A stretch of DNA of 64,000 nt from a virus. How positions within the stretch are numbered: the first letter of the stretch is position 1; each line of letters opens with the position of its first letter. The position numbers and the translations under genes are program-made. The notes below the pieces were generated by a model. It had not been told where the DNA came from and did not search any database. It saw only the letters and a program-made list of their open reading frames with translations. Positions 48,516 through 58,032 of this stretch are shown piece by piece. The stretch lies in IMG/VR virus record IMGVR_UViG_3300042566_000678, positions 84,236-148,235 of that record. One strand, given 5' to 3'.

Positions 48516-49475
48516 TTATTTTTTAATAATTCCAATTATACCTATAACTCCTGCCATAAAGCAGATTTCTTTATCTACTACCATAGAATCTCTATATTGA
48601 GCTTCTGCTAATGATAGAATAACACTAGCCGTATTACCAGCTGCGTAATCATCTACCTTTTCATACAAATATGCATACAACTCCGTAAAATCATTTAATC
48701 TATTATCCAATACCAATTGTCTGATATTTAGATATGTATTACGTTTATCATCACTAGCTTTCAAATAATCAACTAATTTGGATTTAACATCCGATTGAAT
48801 CAAAGTTTGAGTATCAATTTTTAATTCACCCTTCGATGATTGTAGTTGGCAAGTATTTATAACTCTACGAATATCAGGATAATACTGATTAATAATCTCT
48901 GCCAAATTCTTAATATCAAATGCAATACCCTCTTTAGTTAATACCTTACTAACATGAACTGCAACATCTTTCTTTGATGGTGGTATTACCGCAAATGTTT
49001 GACATCTAGAAATGATTGGTTCAATAATCTTTTCGTGATAGTTACAAGTTAGAATGAAACGGCAATGTGCACTAAATGTTTCCATTACATTACGAAGAAT
49101 TGCCTGACCATTTGGTGTTAAATAATCTGCCTCATCTAAAATGATAATTTTATAACCACCAAAACCAACTCCACTTGCAAAGTTTTTAATTTTAACACGT
49201 AGAGTTTCCACACCATTCTCATCCGATGCATTGATAATCATATAATCACATTTGATTGTGTTTGCTATGATTTTAGCTAATGTAGTTTTACCAGTACCAG
49301 CTTTACCATAAAGTAATAAATGTGGTATATCGTTTCTCTCCAAATAGCCCTCTACTTTTTCTTTCAATAACTCATTACCAATATATTCATTTAATACCTT
49401 TGGACGGTATTTTTCCACCCACAAACTATGGTTTGAAGATGCATCCTCTACTTTTTCTGTTTCAAAAAACGCCAT
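48516..49475 (-). CDS. RFC-like clamp loader ATPase subunit
   Basis: WVEKYRP, GKAGTGKT, INASDE, LDEAD, SRC. Confidence 0.95.
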   Translation of the reverse strand: MAFFETEKVEDASSNHSLWVEKYRPKVLNEYIGNELLKEKVEGYLERNDIPHLLLYGKAGTGKTTLAKIIANTIKCDYMIINASDENGVETLRVKIKNFASGVGFGGYKIIILDEADYLTPNGQAILRNVMETFSAHCRFILTCNYHEKIIEPIISRCQTFAVIPPSKKDVAVHVSKVLTKEGIAFDIKNLAEIINQYYPDIRRVINTCQLQSSKGELKIDTQTLIQSDVKSKLVDYLKASDDKRNTYLNIRQLVLDNRLNDFTELYAYLYEKVDDYAAGNTASVILSLAEAQYRDSMVVDKEICFMAGVIGIIGIIKK

Positions 49476-49481
49476 TATATT

Positions 49482-50603
49482 TTATTGTTTATCTGTTAAT
49501 TTATTATGCAATATTTGTAACATAACATCATTGTTTTTTGATAATTCACTACAACGATTTATAGCCATAACCTCTCTTTCTTTTCTGAACCCATCGTTAT
49601 CCAATAGTTTATCCAACATTTCAAATAAATCCTTTTTGAATTTGAAGAACATACCATCGGGTTCGATTTCTCTATAACAATCTGATTCCTGATAAATCAT
49701 TGGTGTACCATTCATCATACAATCCGTAGCTGCTACACTCCACCCATAGTTAGTTTGCCTCATTTGAATACCAACTAAACAATTTTGTAATCTATTATAG
49801 TATTCGTGCTTTGGTACTTTCGTATTATCAATCCAACTATGTTCGGGTGTACCATCTAATTGTGGCACCCATACATTAAAGTCTTGCCGTTTCTCTCTAT
49901 ACTCTTCCATCAATTTAATGAAAGATGGATACCCTTTATAAGCTGCTGCTCTGTGGTTGAATACAATCGTATTAGTTTTTTCATTAGATGGTGTAGATAC
50001 AATTTTACTATCATCTATACCAAGATTCCATACTGTAAGTATTTTATCTAAATTACTAACAAATCCATCACTATACCAAATACTAGCTTCTTCCAATACT
50101 CTGTTCTTTTGGTCTTGTGTATTTAAGAAGCAAGTTTCCATTTGAGATACACCCAACAACTCAATCGGCATCCATCTCCATTTGTTCTTTCTATCCTCTG
50201 CGTTGCATGATTTCATCTCCCACCAATGTGCGTAACCAATGATTTTGGTATCAAATGAGTTTTTATATCTACCCACTTGCGGCCAATCTGGTAAATGGGA
50301 ATAAATTACATCATATTCAACATTCTCCAACACTTTATTCATATCGGGTGGATATGTACGCATCTTTATCATATCACCAGAGAATGGTAGTATGTGCTGC
50401 TTTACATTTAATAAGTTCAGCTTTTGTACGGGTTTTGGTAGTATAATATTCCAAAAGTATTCACCATAACTTTCCAATCCTTTAATGTGGTTATAAATTA
50501 CATCCACAAAAGAATCTTTCTCTATATTAGAGGAATTGGTGATATTTGGTATTACCAATACGCGTCTAGCTTCGTTACTTATTTGTCCTTCCCAAAATTG
50601 CAT
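49482..50603 (-). CDS. GT-B fold glycosyltransferase, possibly DNA-modifying
   Basis: IVFNHR..YKG, WSVAATDCMMNGTP; embedded among replication genes. Confidence 0.65.
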   Translation of the reverse strand: MQFWEGQISNEARRVLVIPNITNSSNIEKDSFVDVIYNHIKGLESYGEYFWNIILPKPVQKLNLLNVKQHILPFSGDMIKMRTYPPDMNKVLENVEYDVIYSHLPDWPQVGRYKNSFDTKIIGYAHWWEMKSCNAEDRKNKWRWMPIELLGVSQMETCFLNTQDQKNRVLEEASIWYSDGFVSNLDKILTVWNLGIDDSKIVSTPSNEKTNTIVFNHRAAAYKGYPSFIKLMEEYREKRQDFNVWVPQLDGTPEHSWIDNTKVPKHEYYNRLQNCLVGIQMRQTNYGWSVAATDCMMNGTPMIYQESDCYREIEPDGMFFKFKKDLFEMLDKLLDNDGFRKEREVMAINRCSELSKNNDVMLQILHNKLTDKQ

Positions 50604-50604
50604 A

Positions 50605-51825
50605 TTACCTTCCTACCTCTGATAAATAAAGTTCTTTCATTTTCTCCCAACTAATACCAATTGCATCTACATAAAATAGAACCTCTGGCTTAATCTTACC
50701 TTCTTCGTATAATTTAATGTAACGATTTTTGGCTTTCTTTTTCCACCAATCCATTGTGTATTGAATACCATTCTTAAACTTATCCTTCAATACCAACTCA
50801 TCTTCTGTAATTTTATCACATAGAAACTCATTACCATTCTCATACATTTGAGCGAGATATACACCTCTTTGAAATCCGTGGTCATAAGCATCTGATTTAA
50901 TTCCCAACTCTTTATAGATTGATTGAATAATCTTTTGCTTAATACCACTTACAGGTCCATTCTTTTCATAACCCATATTAGCACCATTTCTCTCACGTTC
51001 TTGTGTGATATTTTTACTATACCACTCTGAACGATTTTCTTTTATCCATTGATGCCAAGGGTCATAAACCGAATCATCTGGCTTTGTAGAAATCTTACCT
51101 TTACTTTCCCCTAATGTTTTGAAATGTGGGATACCATTATACTGTGAGTGAATACCATATAGGGATGTTGTACCTATACCAACTAATGGATTACCATACT
51201 TACGTTTCCAATAATCCCGTACCTCTGGTGCGGTTGCTAATGCTGCGATTAGTTTACCACCCAAAAAGTTATAACCAAATGGTTGTGTTGATACGATAGT
51301 AGTTGCAATAGCAGTACAATTCAATTTACCCTTCTTAAACTTATCATCTTTACTCCAACCAATGTATGCATCTCTAACACCTAATGATGTAATATCAGAA
51401 CCTAAACAAATCTGTCCTAATATTTTATTAGTCTTTCTATCTTTTGCATAGATTTTAACATTACGGCCTGGGTTAGCTGAAAACTCCATCGTATGAATAA
51501 GTCTACGAATATCCGTCCATCGAGTTGACTCTTTTGGGTTTTCTTCAACAATCTCCACATATGGGTCTAACTCATCCAATTCTTTCAGAGTTAGCTCCAT
51601 ATCGTATATATCAGTTGGTCTCCACAATACATCGTAGAATTGACCTAAATATGATTTTTTAGGAAACGTTGTCTTTAAATCCGCATTCCATTCCATCCAC
51701 TTTTTATAAAGCGTTTGTTCTTCAACGGACATTTCTTTGAGATAATCCAAGTTCTCAATGAACTTTCGTTTCATCTCATCGTAATTAAAAACCTCCTTCG
51801 GTTCTTCGGTATCCCAAAATTTCAT
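50605..51825 (-). CDS. DUF4338 (Druantia DruA-like, Mom/GNAT-like) protein
   Basis: PGR, RDAYIGW, PFGYNFLGGKL, TTSLYGIHSQYNG. Confidence 0.75.
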   Translation of the reverse strand: MKFWDTEEPKEVFNYDEMKRKFIENLDYLKEMSVEEQTLYKKWMEWNADLKTTFPKKSYLGQFYDVLWRPTDIYDMELTLKELDELDPYVEIVEENPKESTRWTDIRRLIHTMEFSANPGRNVKIYAKDRKTNKILGQICLGSDITSLGVRDAYIGWSKDDKFKKGKLNCTAIATTIVSTQPFGYNFLGGKLIAALATAPEVRDYWKRKYGNPLVGIGTTSLYGIHSQYNGIPHFKTLGESKGKISTKPDDSVYDPWHQWIKENRSEWYSKNITQERERNGANMGYEKNGPVSGIKQKIIQSIYKELGIKSDAYDHGFQRGVYLAQMYENGNEFLCDKITEDELVLKDKFKNGIQYTMDWWKKKAKNRYIKLYEEGKIKPEVLFYVDAIGISWEKMKELYLSEVGR

Positions 51826-51837
51826 ATATGTAATTTA

Positions 51838-52557
51838 TTATGCTCCAGCTTGAACTTCAACTAAATAATACTTTGATGTAAAATCATCAATTTGGAATGC
51901 AACGTGTGCTAATCCTTGTGTTGAAATTTGTAATTTAGCTGAATTTGCATCTTTGTTTGCTACCAATACCTCTTTGAGATATTTAGCGGAGAATGAAATT
52001 GCTTTAACTTCTGCACCATACGAAGAATGTACAGTATATGTAATTCGGTTAGAGTTTACATTTGAATAACCCAATACCAAATTCAAATCACCCTTCTCTG
52101 TAAGAATTGTAAATGTATCTACATCGGATAATGCGTTTTTACCTTTGATAAAACGGTCAATGAATGCATTATCTAATTCAATTTGAATATCAAAATCAGG
52201 CAATGATTTCAAATCAGGTACGGCTGGAATAACTGCTAATTCAGCCAATTGATAATTTACTTTTGTCTTGTCACTTTTGATATTTAATGAAATACTTTTT
52301 TCTTCCATTTTACCAACCTCTAATTCAATATCATCACCCATTACGGATAACATACGATTTAGATTTGATGTAGTGTAAACACCCAACTCTGCGGTATCAA
52401 ATGTGAAATTTGCTAATTCAACCTCACCTAATAAAGTTTTATCATCGGAAATAAACTTTGTAGTTAATGTACTACCATCTGTTTTCCAAGCAACACTTTC
52501 AATAAGTCCAGCCAAATTATACTTTTGAATGAAACGATTTAATCTTACTTTGTTCAT
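51838..52557 (-). CDS. Sliding clamp (T4 gp45/PCNA-like)
   Basis: 239 aa, adjacent to PolB; FSAKYL, ISTQGLAHVAF...SKYYLV. Confidence 0.8.
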   Translation of the reverse strand: MNKVRLNRFIQKYNLAGLIESVAWKTDGSTLTTKFISDDKTLLGEVELANFTFDTAELGVYTTSNLNRMLSVMGDDIELEVGKMEEKSISLNIKSDKTKVNYQLAELAVIPAVPDLKSLPDFDIQIELDNAFIDRFIKGKNALSDVDTFTILTEKGDLNLVLGYSNVNSNRITYTVHSSYGAEVKAISFSAKYLKEVLVANKDANSAKLQISTQGLAHVAFQIDDFTSKYYLVEVQAGA

Positions 52558-52598
52558 AATTTATTGTTTTAATTTTTACAAATATACGAAAATTTAAT

Positions 52599-55127
52599 TT
52601 AGAAACCAAAAAATTGTGAGAGTTTTTTTTCTGCGTGGTTTACCTTCTCCCATTTCAATGCTCTGTAAAAGTCATTCATCTTATTTTCCAACTCTGCTTC
52701 AAAAATCCTATCCACATCAATGTACTTTTTAACAAAATCCATAATTTCATCTGGGTCATTATAGTTTTTAAAAGCCACCGTATCCAATCCAAATGGATTT
52801 TGTTTTAGGTAAACCCATTTAATCTTATCACCATCCCTAATTGGCTCATACATAAATGCACAATTATAATGTTTGAGTAATCGGTTATATGTGATTGCTG
52901 CTTTAACGTGTGCAGGTGTTCCTTTTTCAAATGCACCTATTCGTTTATCCAAAGTTTTAGTATCATACTTACTAATCTCCTTTACTGCTCCACCCTTTGC
53001 TATAAGTGATGCATCCAAGCCAGATAAACTCAATTTGAAATCTCGTAATTCCCTATCAACATCCTCATTGGTTTTACCTGTTAGAATATCACGTAGGATA
53101 CCACTCATAAAGTCTTGAAATGCTTTAGGGAATGATGAACGAACTACATCCAATCCTTTCACATCCAACTTATCGCAAGGAATACCATTCTTTAGAATCA
53201 TCCATTGAGCGTAACGTTTCTTTGCTACCCAAAATCCTGCTTTGGAAATGTATTCCTTTTTAATTTCAAATCTGTGTTTATCCTTTGATATGAAGAAGAA
53301 CCTTTCAGCTAACATATCGTAGAACTTATTAAGGAATGATTGTGTTTCTTCTGCAATATCATTTACCACCGAAGCCATACGTTTCTCGTCAAATGTTTTG
53401 TATTCTGGAAAACGATGTTTAACCAATGGTTCTGCTAACATATAGATTGAATCCGTATCTATATACACATTGTAATCTTCTTTAGTACCTAATTCTTTTT
53501 GGTACTTAATGTTTGCCATCTCTGCCGTTTTCTTAATAACAGTTTGACCCGTAATCGTAACTGCCTCTGCATTATCAATATCGTAAAACCGAAAGGCAGG
53601 AAGACCAAGAACACCATACATAGAGTTAAGAAGAATCTTCTGAACCAACTGCCTTTTAGCATAAAATTCATATTTCTCCGTATCACCCGCTTCACCATAT
53701 TGCTTTTCTAATTTTCTAAATTCAACCCTTTGTGAAAACCATAAATCTAAAATATCTGCAATAAGTCCAGGCTTACTCTGGTCATACAGAACCCCATTAG
53801 CGGCTACCCCCAATCCGTGCTCCTTAATCATTTGTTGTACTTCACTTTTACTATAAGTTTCTGTACTACCTTCCGATGTTACATCATAGGTTTTATCCGT
53901 ACCCCTAATCCATTCTTCTGCATCCCAATTCTCAATCTTACCCATCTTTGTTTCAGGTGAGATATTTAGGGTCATAATGATAGATGGATATAGAGATGTT
54001 AAATCCAAGTCATAAATCCAATCATACTTACCAACGATAGGTTCTTTAACATACGCACCAATGAACTTCTCTTGATTATTATCATTTATTTCCTGCATCC
54101 GCTCTCGTCTATCCGCAGGTTTGTTTGGTGCTACTAAATTCTTTTGTTTAAGATAATTTAAACAAGCCCCTTCCAAATACTTTGATGAATACACAAAGTC
54201 CTCATACGGAACGTGTCCCGCGTGGCAGATGGCTCTACATAGTTCTATAAATTGTAGTTTCTTTTCTAAACCAACCACTAACTCAACGTCTACTATATTG
54301 TAATCAATGTATTTGTTTATATCCTCTCTGAATAAATCATCCAAATTACCTTTATATTCCAACTTACCTTTACCCAACTCTTTAGTTGCTATATAATTTA
54401 AGGTGTATGATGGTTCTAATGTATAGGTGTATGTTTTATATAAGTGAATATAATCTAATGCACTAACTCCAGCAAAACTCCAACGATTTCTGTATGGTGA
54501 ATAGAAGCATTCCCCAATAGGTGATAGACGAGTTGCATTACTCCTACCCAATACATTTGTAATACGATTGAATAGGTATGGAACGTCAAACGAATCAATA
54601 TTCCAACCCGTAATAATGGATGGATGTATTTCTTCATAGATTGTTAAAAATGCTCTTAACAAATCTCTTTCGTTACTATATGATTTAACAATCCTATTTC
54701 CAGTAGTAGTGTTTTTAACTTTATCATCCTTATCCAAAACCAAAGCATAGTAAATATCAGTTGCACTATCATGTAGAGCAATTGCAGTAATCTCATTCTT
54801 TGCTTTTTGAGTATCCGGTAGACCTGATAACATTTCCACCTCAATGTCAAATGTCATTATAACATGTCCAACCGATGGAATATCGCTTGAATTATATAAA
54901 TCTACTAATATACGAGTTGTTTCGGGAACATCTGATTCGAATAGGTTTGGGTCATCTTTTGTAAACTCATATGTTTTAGAAACTTTAACTCCACTTAACG
55001 ATGTTGCTTCACCAAATGGGTCAGGTCTCCAAGCATATGGTTTAAAATCTAAAACGTGATAACCTGTAAGGTCATCCCACAAATGTACTTTGTTTTTGCC
55101 CTTTTGATAAAATATATTTTGATACAA
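52599..55127 (-). CDS. Family B DNA polymerase (TTG start)
   Basis: FDIE exonuclease, DLTSLYPSI, KILLNSMYG, YIDTDS, KKRY; C-terminal clamp-binding LSQFF. Confidence 0.97.
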   Translation of the reverse strand: MYQNIFYQKGKNKVHLWDDLTGYHVLDFKPYAWRPDPFGEATSLSGVKVSKTYEFTKDDPNLFESDVPETTRILVDLYNSSDIPSVGHVIMTFDIEVEMLSGLPDTQKAKNEITAIALHDSATDIYYALVLDKDDKVKNTTTGNRIVKSYSNERDLLRAFLTIYEEIHPSIITGWNIDSFDVPYLFNRITNVLGRSNATRLSPIGECFYSPYRNRWSFAGVSALDYIHLYKTYTYTLEPSYTLNYIATKELGKGKLEYKGNLDDLFREDINKYIDYNIVDVELVVGLEKKLQFIELCRAICHAGHVPYEDFVYSSKYLEGACLNYLKQKNLVAPNKPADRRERMQEINDNNQEKFIGAYVKEPIVGKYDWIYDLDLTSLYPSIIMTLNISPETKMGKIENWDAEEWIRGTDKTYDVTSEGSTETYSKSEVQQMIKEHGLGVAANGVLYDQSKPGLIADILDLWFSQRVEFRKLEKQYGEAGDTEKYEFYAKRQLVQKILLNSMYGVLGLPAFRFYDIDNAEAVTITGQTVIKKTAEMANIKYQKELGTKEDYNVYIDTDSIYMLAEPLVKHRFPEYKTFDEKRMASVVNDIAEETQSFLNKFYDMLAERFFFISKDKHRFEIKKEYISKAGFWVAKKRYAQWMILKNGIPCDKLDVKGLDVVRSSFPKAFQDFMSGILRDILTGKTNEDVDRELRDFKLSLSGLDASLIAKGGAVKEISKYDTKTLDKRIGAFEKGTPAHVKAAITYNRLLKHYNCAFMYEPIRDGDKIKWVYLKQNPFGLDTVAFKNYNDPDEIMDFVKKYIDVDRIFEAELENKMNDFYRALKWEKVNHAEKKLSQFFGF

Positions 55128-55185
55128 CTTATTATTGGTTTAATTTATACAAAGATACGAAATATAAACCAAAAGAACAAATAGT

Positions 55186-55650
55186 TTAGTACATTTTTAC
55201 TAAACTATCTGCTGCGTATGTTACTGCCGCATTTGTTCCTTTGTGTCTACATTTGTAACCCATTCCTTCCACCATTCCTACTGCTTGACGGAACACTTCA
55301 TTTGATTTGAATTGTGGGTCTGGGTTTAAATCTACGTCAATATATGTTGCCTTTGGTAATCCCGCTTCTCTTAAATATTCTGCTACCTCAATAGAAGACC
55401 ATACTTCATGTATCAAACGATTACCTGAATAGTTCTCTCTATTTGTGTTCCAACGAGTGAAAAGTAAGTGAGCTCCTTTGCCGGGAGTATAAAGTGCAAT
55501 TACAATTGCATAGATTGTTTTTGTTTTGAATACTTGTGAATCGCATCCAATTAAGATTTCGATACCATCATTCGTAGATAGGTATTCAGATATATATGTT
55601 ACTAACTCTACTTTCTTTCTGTCAATTAATCTTCTGAATACCTTTTTCAT
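55186..55650 (-). CDS. RNase H-like YkuK/DUF458 family protein
   Basis: IGCDSQ, EVWSSIEVA, IDVDLN, AAD. Confidence 0.85.
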   Translation of the reverse strand: MKKVFRRLIDRKKVELVTYISEYLSTNDGIEILIGCDSQVFKTKTIYAIVIALYTPGKGAHLLFTRWNTNRENYSGNRLIHEVWSSIEVAEYLREAGLPKATYIDVDLNPDPQFKSNEVFRQAVGMVEGMGYKCRHKGTNAAVTYAADSLVKMY

Positions 55651-55655
55651 ATTCT

Positions 55656-56186
55656 TTACCTTATTTTAAATTTGTGTTTACTACCATCGCTTTTACTATA
55701 AATAACATATAATGGTGAAACTTCAAATTGCATTTCTCTAAACTTATTTGTATATTGTTGCCACTTACCTTTCTTTAAATAAGCAACCGTCATATGTGGA
55801 TGATACTCTGGATAATCGTTTGAATGTGGTAGTTTTTTTAAGAGTTCGTTTGCTCTTTGTAATCCTTCACCACTTGCATCAAACTTTAATACATCGTAAT
55901 CTGGGTTACCTTCGAAAATAGATGGGTTTGTTAGTTTAATATCACCAAACGGAACTTGGTTGATAATTTGAGAAACCACACCATCTGGTACATTTGTGTG
56001 TAGACCATATAGTAATGTAATGTGTGGTTCTGTTTCTAAACCATAGTGACCATTCTCATCATCATATACATCAACATTACTAATTGTACTTGTCAATATA
56101 GATTCATCAAAATCTATGTATAACATAGCACATCCATACTGATATGGTGTCTTTTGTATTTCTTTTAATATCTTGCGTAGTTTCAT
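55656..56186 (-). CDS. 2H phosphoesterase, Acb1/T4 gp57B-like (candidate anti-CBASS)
   Basis: PHITLLYG and YHPHMTVAY; start re-called to MKLRKILKE because the longer ORF runs into a tRNA-like gene. Confidence 0.8.
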   Translation of the reverse strand: MKLRKILKEIQKTPYQYGCAMLYIDFDESILTSTISNVDVYDDENGHYGLETEPHITLLYGLHTNVPDGVVSQIINQVPFGDIKLTNPSIFEGNPDYDVLKFDASGEGLQRANELLKKLPHSNDYPEYHPHMTVAYLKKGKWQQYTNKFREMQFEVSPLYVIYSKSDGSKHKFKIR

Positions 56187-56203
56187 TTTGTTTGGTTTAA
56201 TTG

Positions 56204-56352
56204 CTGTGGGGGCAGGATTCGAACCTGCAAAGGGAGATTCAGTAAGTAACACTTATGCCGGCCGGCTGGTGGTCTACCCCATATCACTTACCTATTTCTT
56301 TATCCCCGCCGTAGAGACGGTACGGTATGGCTGCCAATTTCACCACCCCACA
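56204..56352 (-). ncRNA. 149-nt tRNA-like RNA with a giant variable arm and a non-canonical anticodon loop
   Basis: TGTGGGG/CCCCACA acceptor, GCAGG-TTCGAAT-CCTGC T arm, loop CCGTCTC, ~80-nt structured extra arm. Confidence 0.75.
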
Positions 56353-56356
56353 ATTT

Positions 56357-56551
56357 TTAAGGTCTGCCGAATGTTATATTATTCTGTAACCTTATTTCTT
56401 TATTATTTAATACCCATATTTCACCATCATCCATACCACAAGTAAAATATAAATCGTGCTCCTGTGAGTAATCTATACACATAAATGCGTAACCTTTCAT
56501 ACCATCTGATATACGAATTATAGGTATTGTTGGGTTCAATTGTATTATCAT
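56357..56551 (-). CDS. Small phage hypothetical protein
   Basis: MIIQLNP...IDYSQEHDL...GEIW...NITFGR. Confidence 0.7.
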   Translation of the reverse strand: MIIQLNPTIPIIRISDGMKGYAFMCIDYSQEHDLYFTCGMDDGEIWVLNNKEIRLQNNITFGRP

Positions 56552-56579
56552 ACCTATAAATATCAATTTATATTAAATG

Positions 56580-56669
56580 TAGAGGATAGCGGATTCGAAC
56601 CGCTGGTAGGGTATTACCCCCACGACAGTTTAGCAAACTGCTGGTTTAAGCCAACTCACCCAACCCTCT
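56580..56669 (-). tRNA. tRNA-Ser(GCT)
   Basis: Cloverleaf, loop TTGCTAA, long variable arm. Confidence 0.92.
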
Positions 56670-56672
56670 ATT

Positions 56673-56747
56673 TGGTAGCCCCACCAAGACTCGAACTTGG
56701 AAATTCGCTTTAGAAGAGCGACGGTATATCCCTTTACCTATGGGGCC
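56673..56747 (-). tRNA. tRNA-Arg(TCT)
   Basis: Loop CTTCTAA, encoded CCA. Confidence 0.93.
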
Positions 56748-56753
56748 AGATTT

Positions 56754-56842
56754 GAACTAACTCACTGGAAACCTTATAGTTGAATTTAATCAACTTATGG
56801 GTTAAGCACTCCTTTTATGTTAGTTCCTCGTGCTCCAAGTGT
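56754..56842 (-). ncRNA. Candidate three-way-junction pseudoknotted RNA
   Basis: CACTTGGA/TCCAGTG, AGCAC/GTGCT, a long hairpin, and a GAACTAAC/GTTAGTTC pseudoknot. Confidence 0.45.
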
Positions 56843-56843
56843 G

Positions 56844-56929
56844 AGGAGAGTGAGGGATTCGAACCCCCGGCCCTGTTACAGGCTACGGTTTTCAAGACCG
56901 TCGCGATAGACCAACTCTGCCAACTCTCC
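56844..56929 (-). tRNA. tRNA-Ser(TGA)
   Basis: Loop CTTGAAA, long variable arm. Confidence 0.93.
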
Positions 56930-56935
56930 TTTTTA

Positions 56936-57283
56936 CTATATTTGTTCTGATGCTAAAGTATCCGATTCTATTTTGATTGGTGGATATTTCTTACGGATTT
57001 CTAATGAATCTTCCAATGCCCACTTTTGTTTAAGTTTGGCACGTTTCTCCATATTTTTAAGTTGTTCTTTTTTCTTTATAATATCTTTCGATAATTTTTC
57101 TATACGAACATACTTACTTGCATAATCCTCATCGGTTGCATCAACCCATTGAATTTTTCTTTGTAATTCTTTGATTTCAGTTTTTATTGTTTCAACCAAA
57201 GGTGCTTCATCACTAAACTTTGGGTCAATTGAACCACCCAATGTGTTGAATAAAAGCATAATAGACATTCCTAATTCTTTCAT
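56936..57283 (-). CDS. Coiled-coil hypothetical protein inside the tRNA array
   Basis: ORF track. Confidence 0.65.
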   Translation of the reverse strand: MKELGMSIMLLFNTLGGSIDPKFSDEAPLVETIKTEIKELQRKIQWVDATDEDYASKYVRIEKLSKDIIKKKEQLKNMEKRAKLKQKWALEDSLEIRKKYPPIKIESDTLASEQI

Positions 57284-57300
57284 AATATTTTTATTTAATG

Positions 57301-57371
57301 TTACCCGAGCAGGATTCGAACCTACCCTAACTGCACCAAAAACAGTTGTGCTACCGCTACACCATCGAGCA
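57301..57371 (-). tRNA. tRNA-Gln(TTG)
   Basis: Loop TTTTGGT, T1-A72. Confidence 0.9.
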
Positions 57372-57376
57372 ATTCG

Positions 57377-57450
57377 CAGTTCGTACGGGATTCGAACCCG
57401 TGGTCTCTTCCGTGACAGGGAAGCATGTTGGGCCTCTACACCAACGAACT
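57377..57450 (-). tRNA. tRNA-Asp(GTC)
   Basis: Loop CTGTCAC, G73. Confidence 0.93.
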
Positions 57451-57640
57451 AAATTAAAACAAACTTTTTGTGTCCTTTTACACATCATAACCATTTTATT
57501 GGTGGTTACATTTTCACGTTGGGTTAATTACTCCCTGCTTATAGTAACTCTCTCCTGACCTGTATGACTATTCCGGCTTCAACAGGACCATTTTAGATTT
57601 TATATACCATGGGGTTACACCATAGTCTTCGTTTGTTTTG

Positions 57641-57713
57641 AGCTTCCAATCGGAATCGAACCAATAACCTACGCATTACAAGTGCGTTGCTCTACCAATT
57701 GAGCTATGGAAGC
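57641..57713 (-). tRNA. tRNA-Thr(TGT)
   Basis: Loop CTTGTAA. Confidence 0.93.
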
Positions 57714-57718
57714 AAATT

Positions 57719-57901
57719 ATGTATCAGTTCCATACCGGCCTATTAGGAACTATTAGGGTTTCTCGGACGAGGTGCACAACCCAATCGGCTATAATGTGTT
57801 ATCAGTTACTTGGTTTCCACCATAAGGAATTAGTAAATGGGGTTCGAACCCACCTCATTGAATGTATGCCTACATCAACTTTCACTGCACATTTGATACA
57901 T
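57719..57901 (-). ncRNA. Candidate ~183-nt structured RNA containing a T-arm
   Basis: ATGTATCA/TGATACAT closing stem, GTGGG-TTCGAAC-CCCAT, several hairpins. Confidence 0.5.
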
Positions 57902-57903
57902 TG

Positions 57904-57977
57904 TACTCCGTACGGGACTCGAACCCGTAAGCTTCCACGTGAAAGGCGGATGTCCTAACCAATTAGACGAACGGAGC
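57904..57977 (-). tRNA. tRNA-Glu(TTC)
   Basis: Loop CTTTCAC. Confidence 0.93.
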
Positions 57978-57982
57978 ATTTA

Positions 57983-58014
57983 CAAATATAAGTATTTAAT
58001 TTCATAATTCCAAA
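57983..58014 (-). promoter_or_regulatory. Class II promoter with predicted start near the 5' end of tRNA-Glu
   Basis: TTTGG-N19-TATATTTG. Confidence 0.7.
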
Positions 58015-58032
58015 CTTTATCGGAATTATTTT

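Noticed and set aside
50605-51825. Druantia defence system
   Set aside because: Only a DruA-like gene is present, with no DruE helicase, and it sits in a replication operon.
56204-56352. tmRNA or intron-containing tRNA
   Set aside because: No G3-U70 Ala acceptor, no tag ORF, and the insert is too short for a self-splicing intron.
56748-56843. HDV-like theta ribozyme after tRNA-Ser
   Set aside because: The P1/P1.1/P3 nested double pseudoknot and catalytic C could not be mapped by eye; kept only as an unassigned structure.
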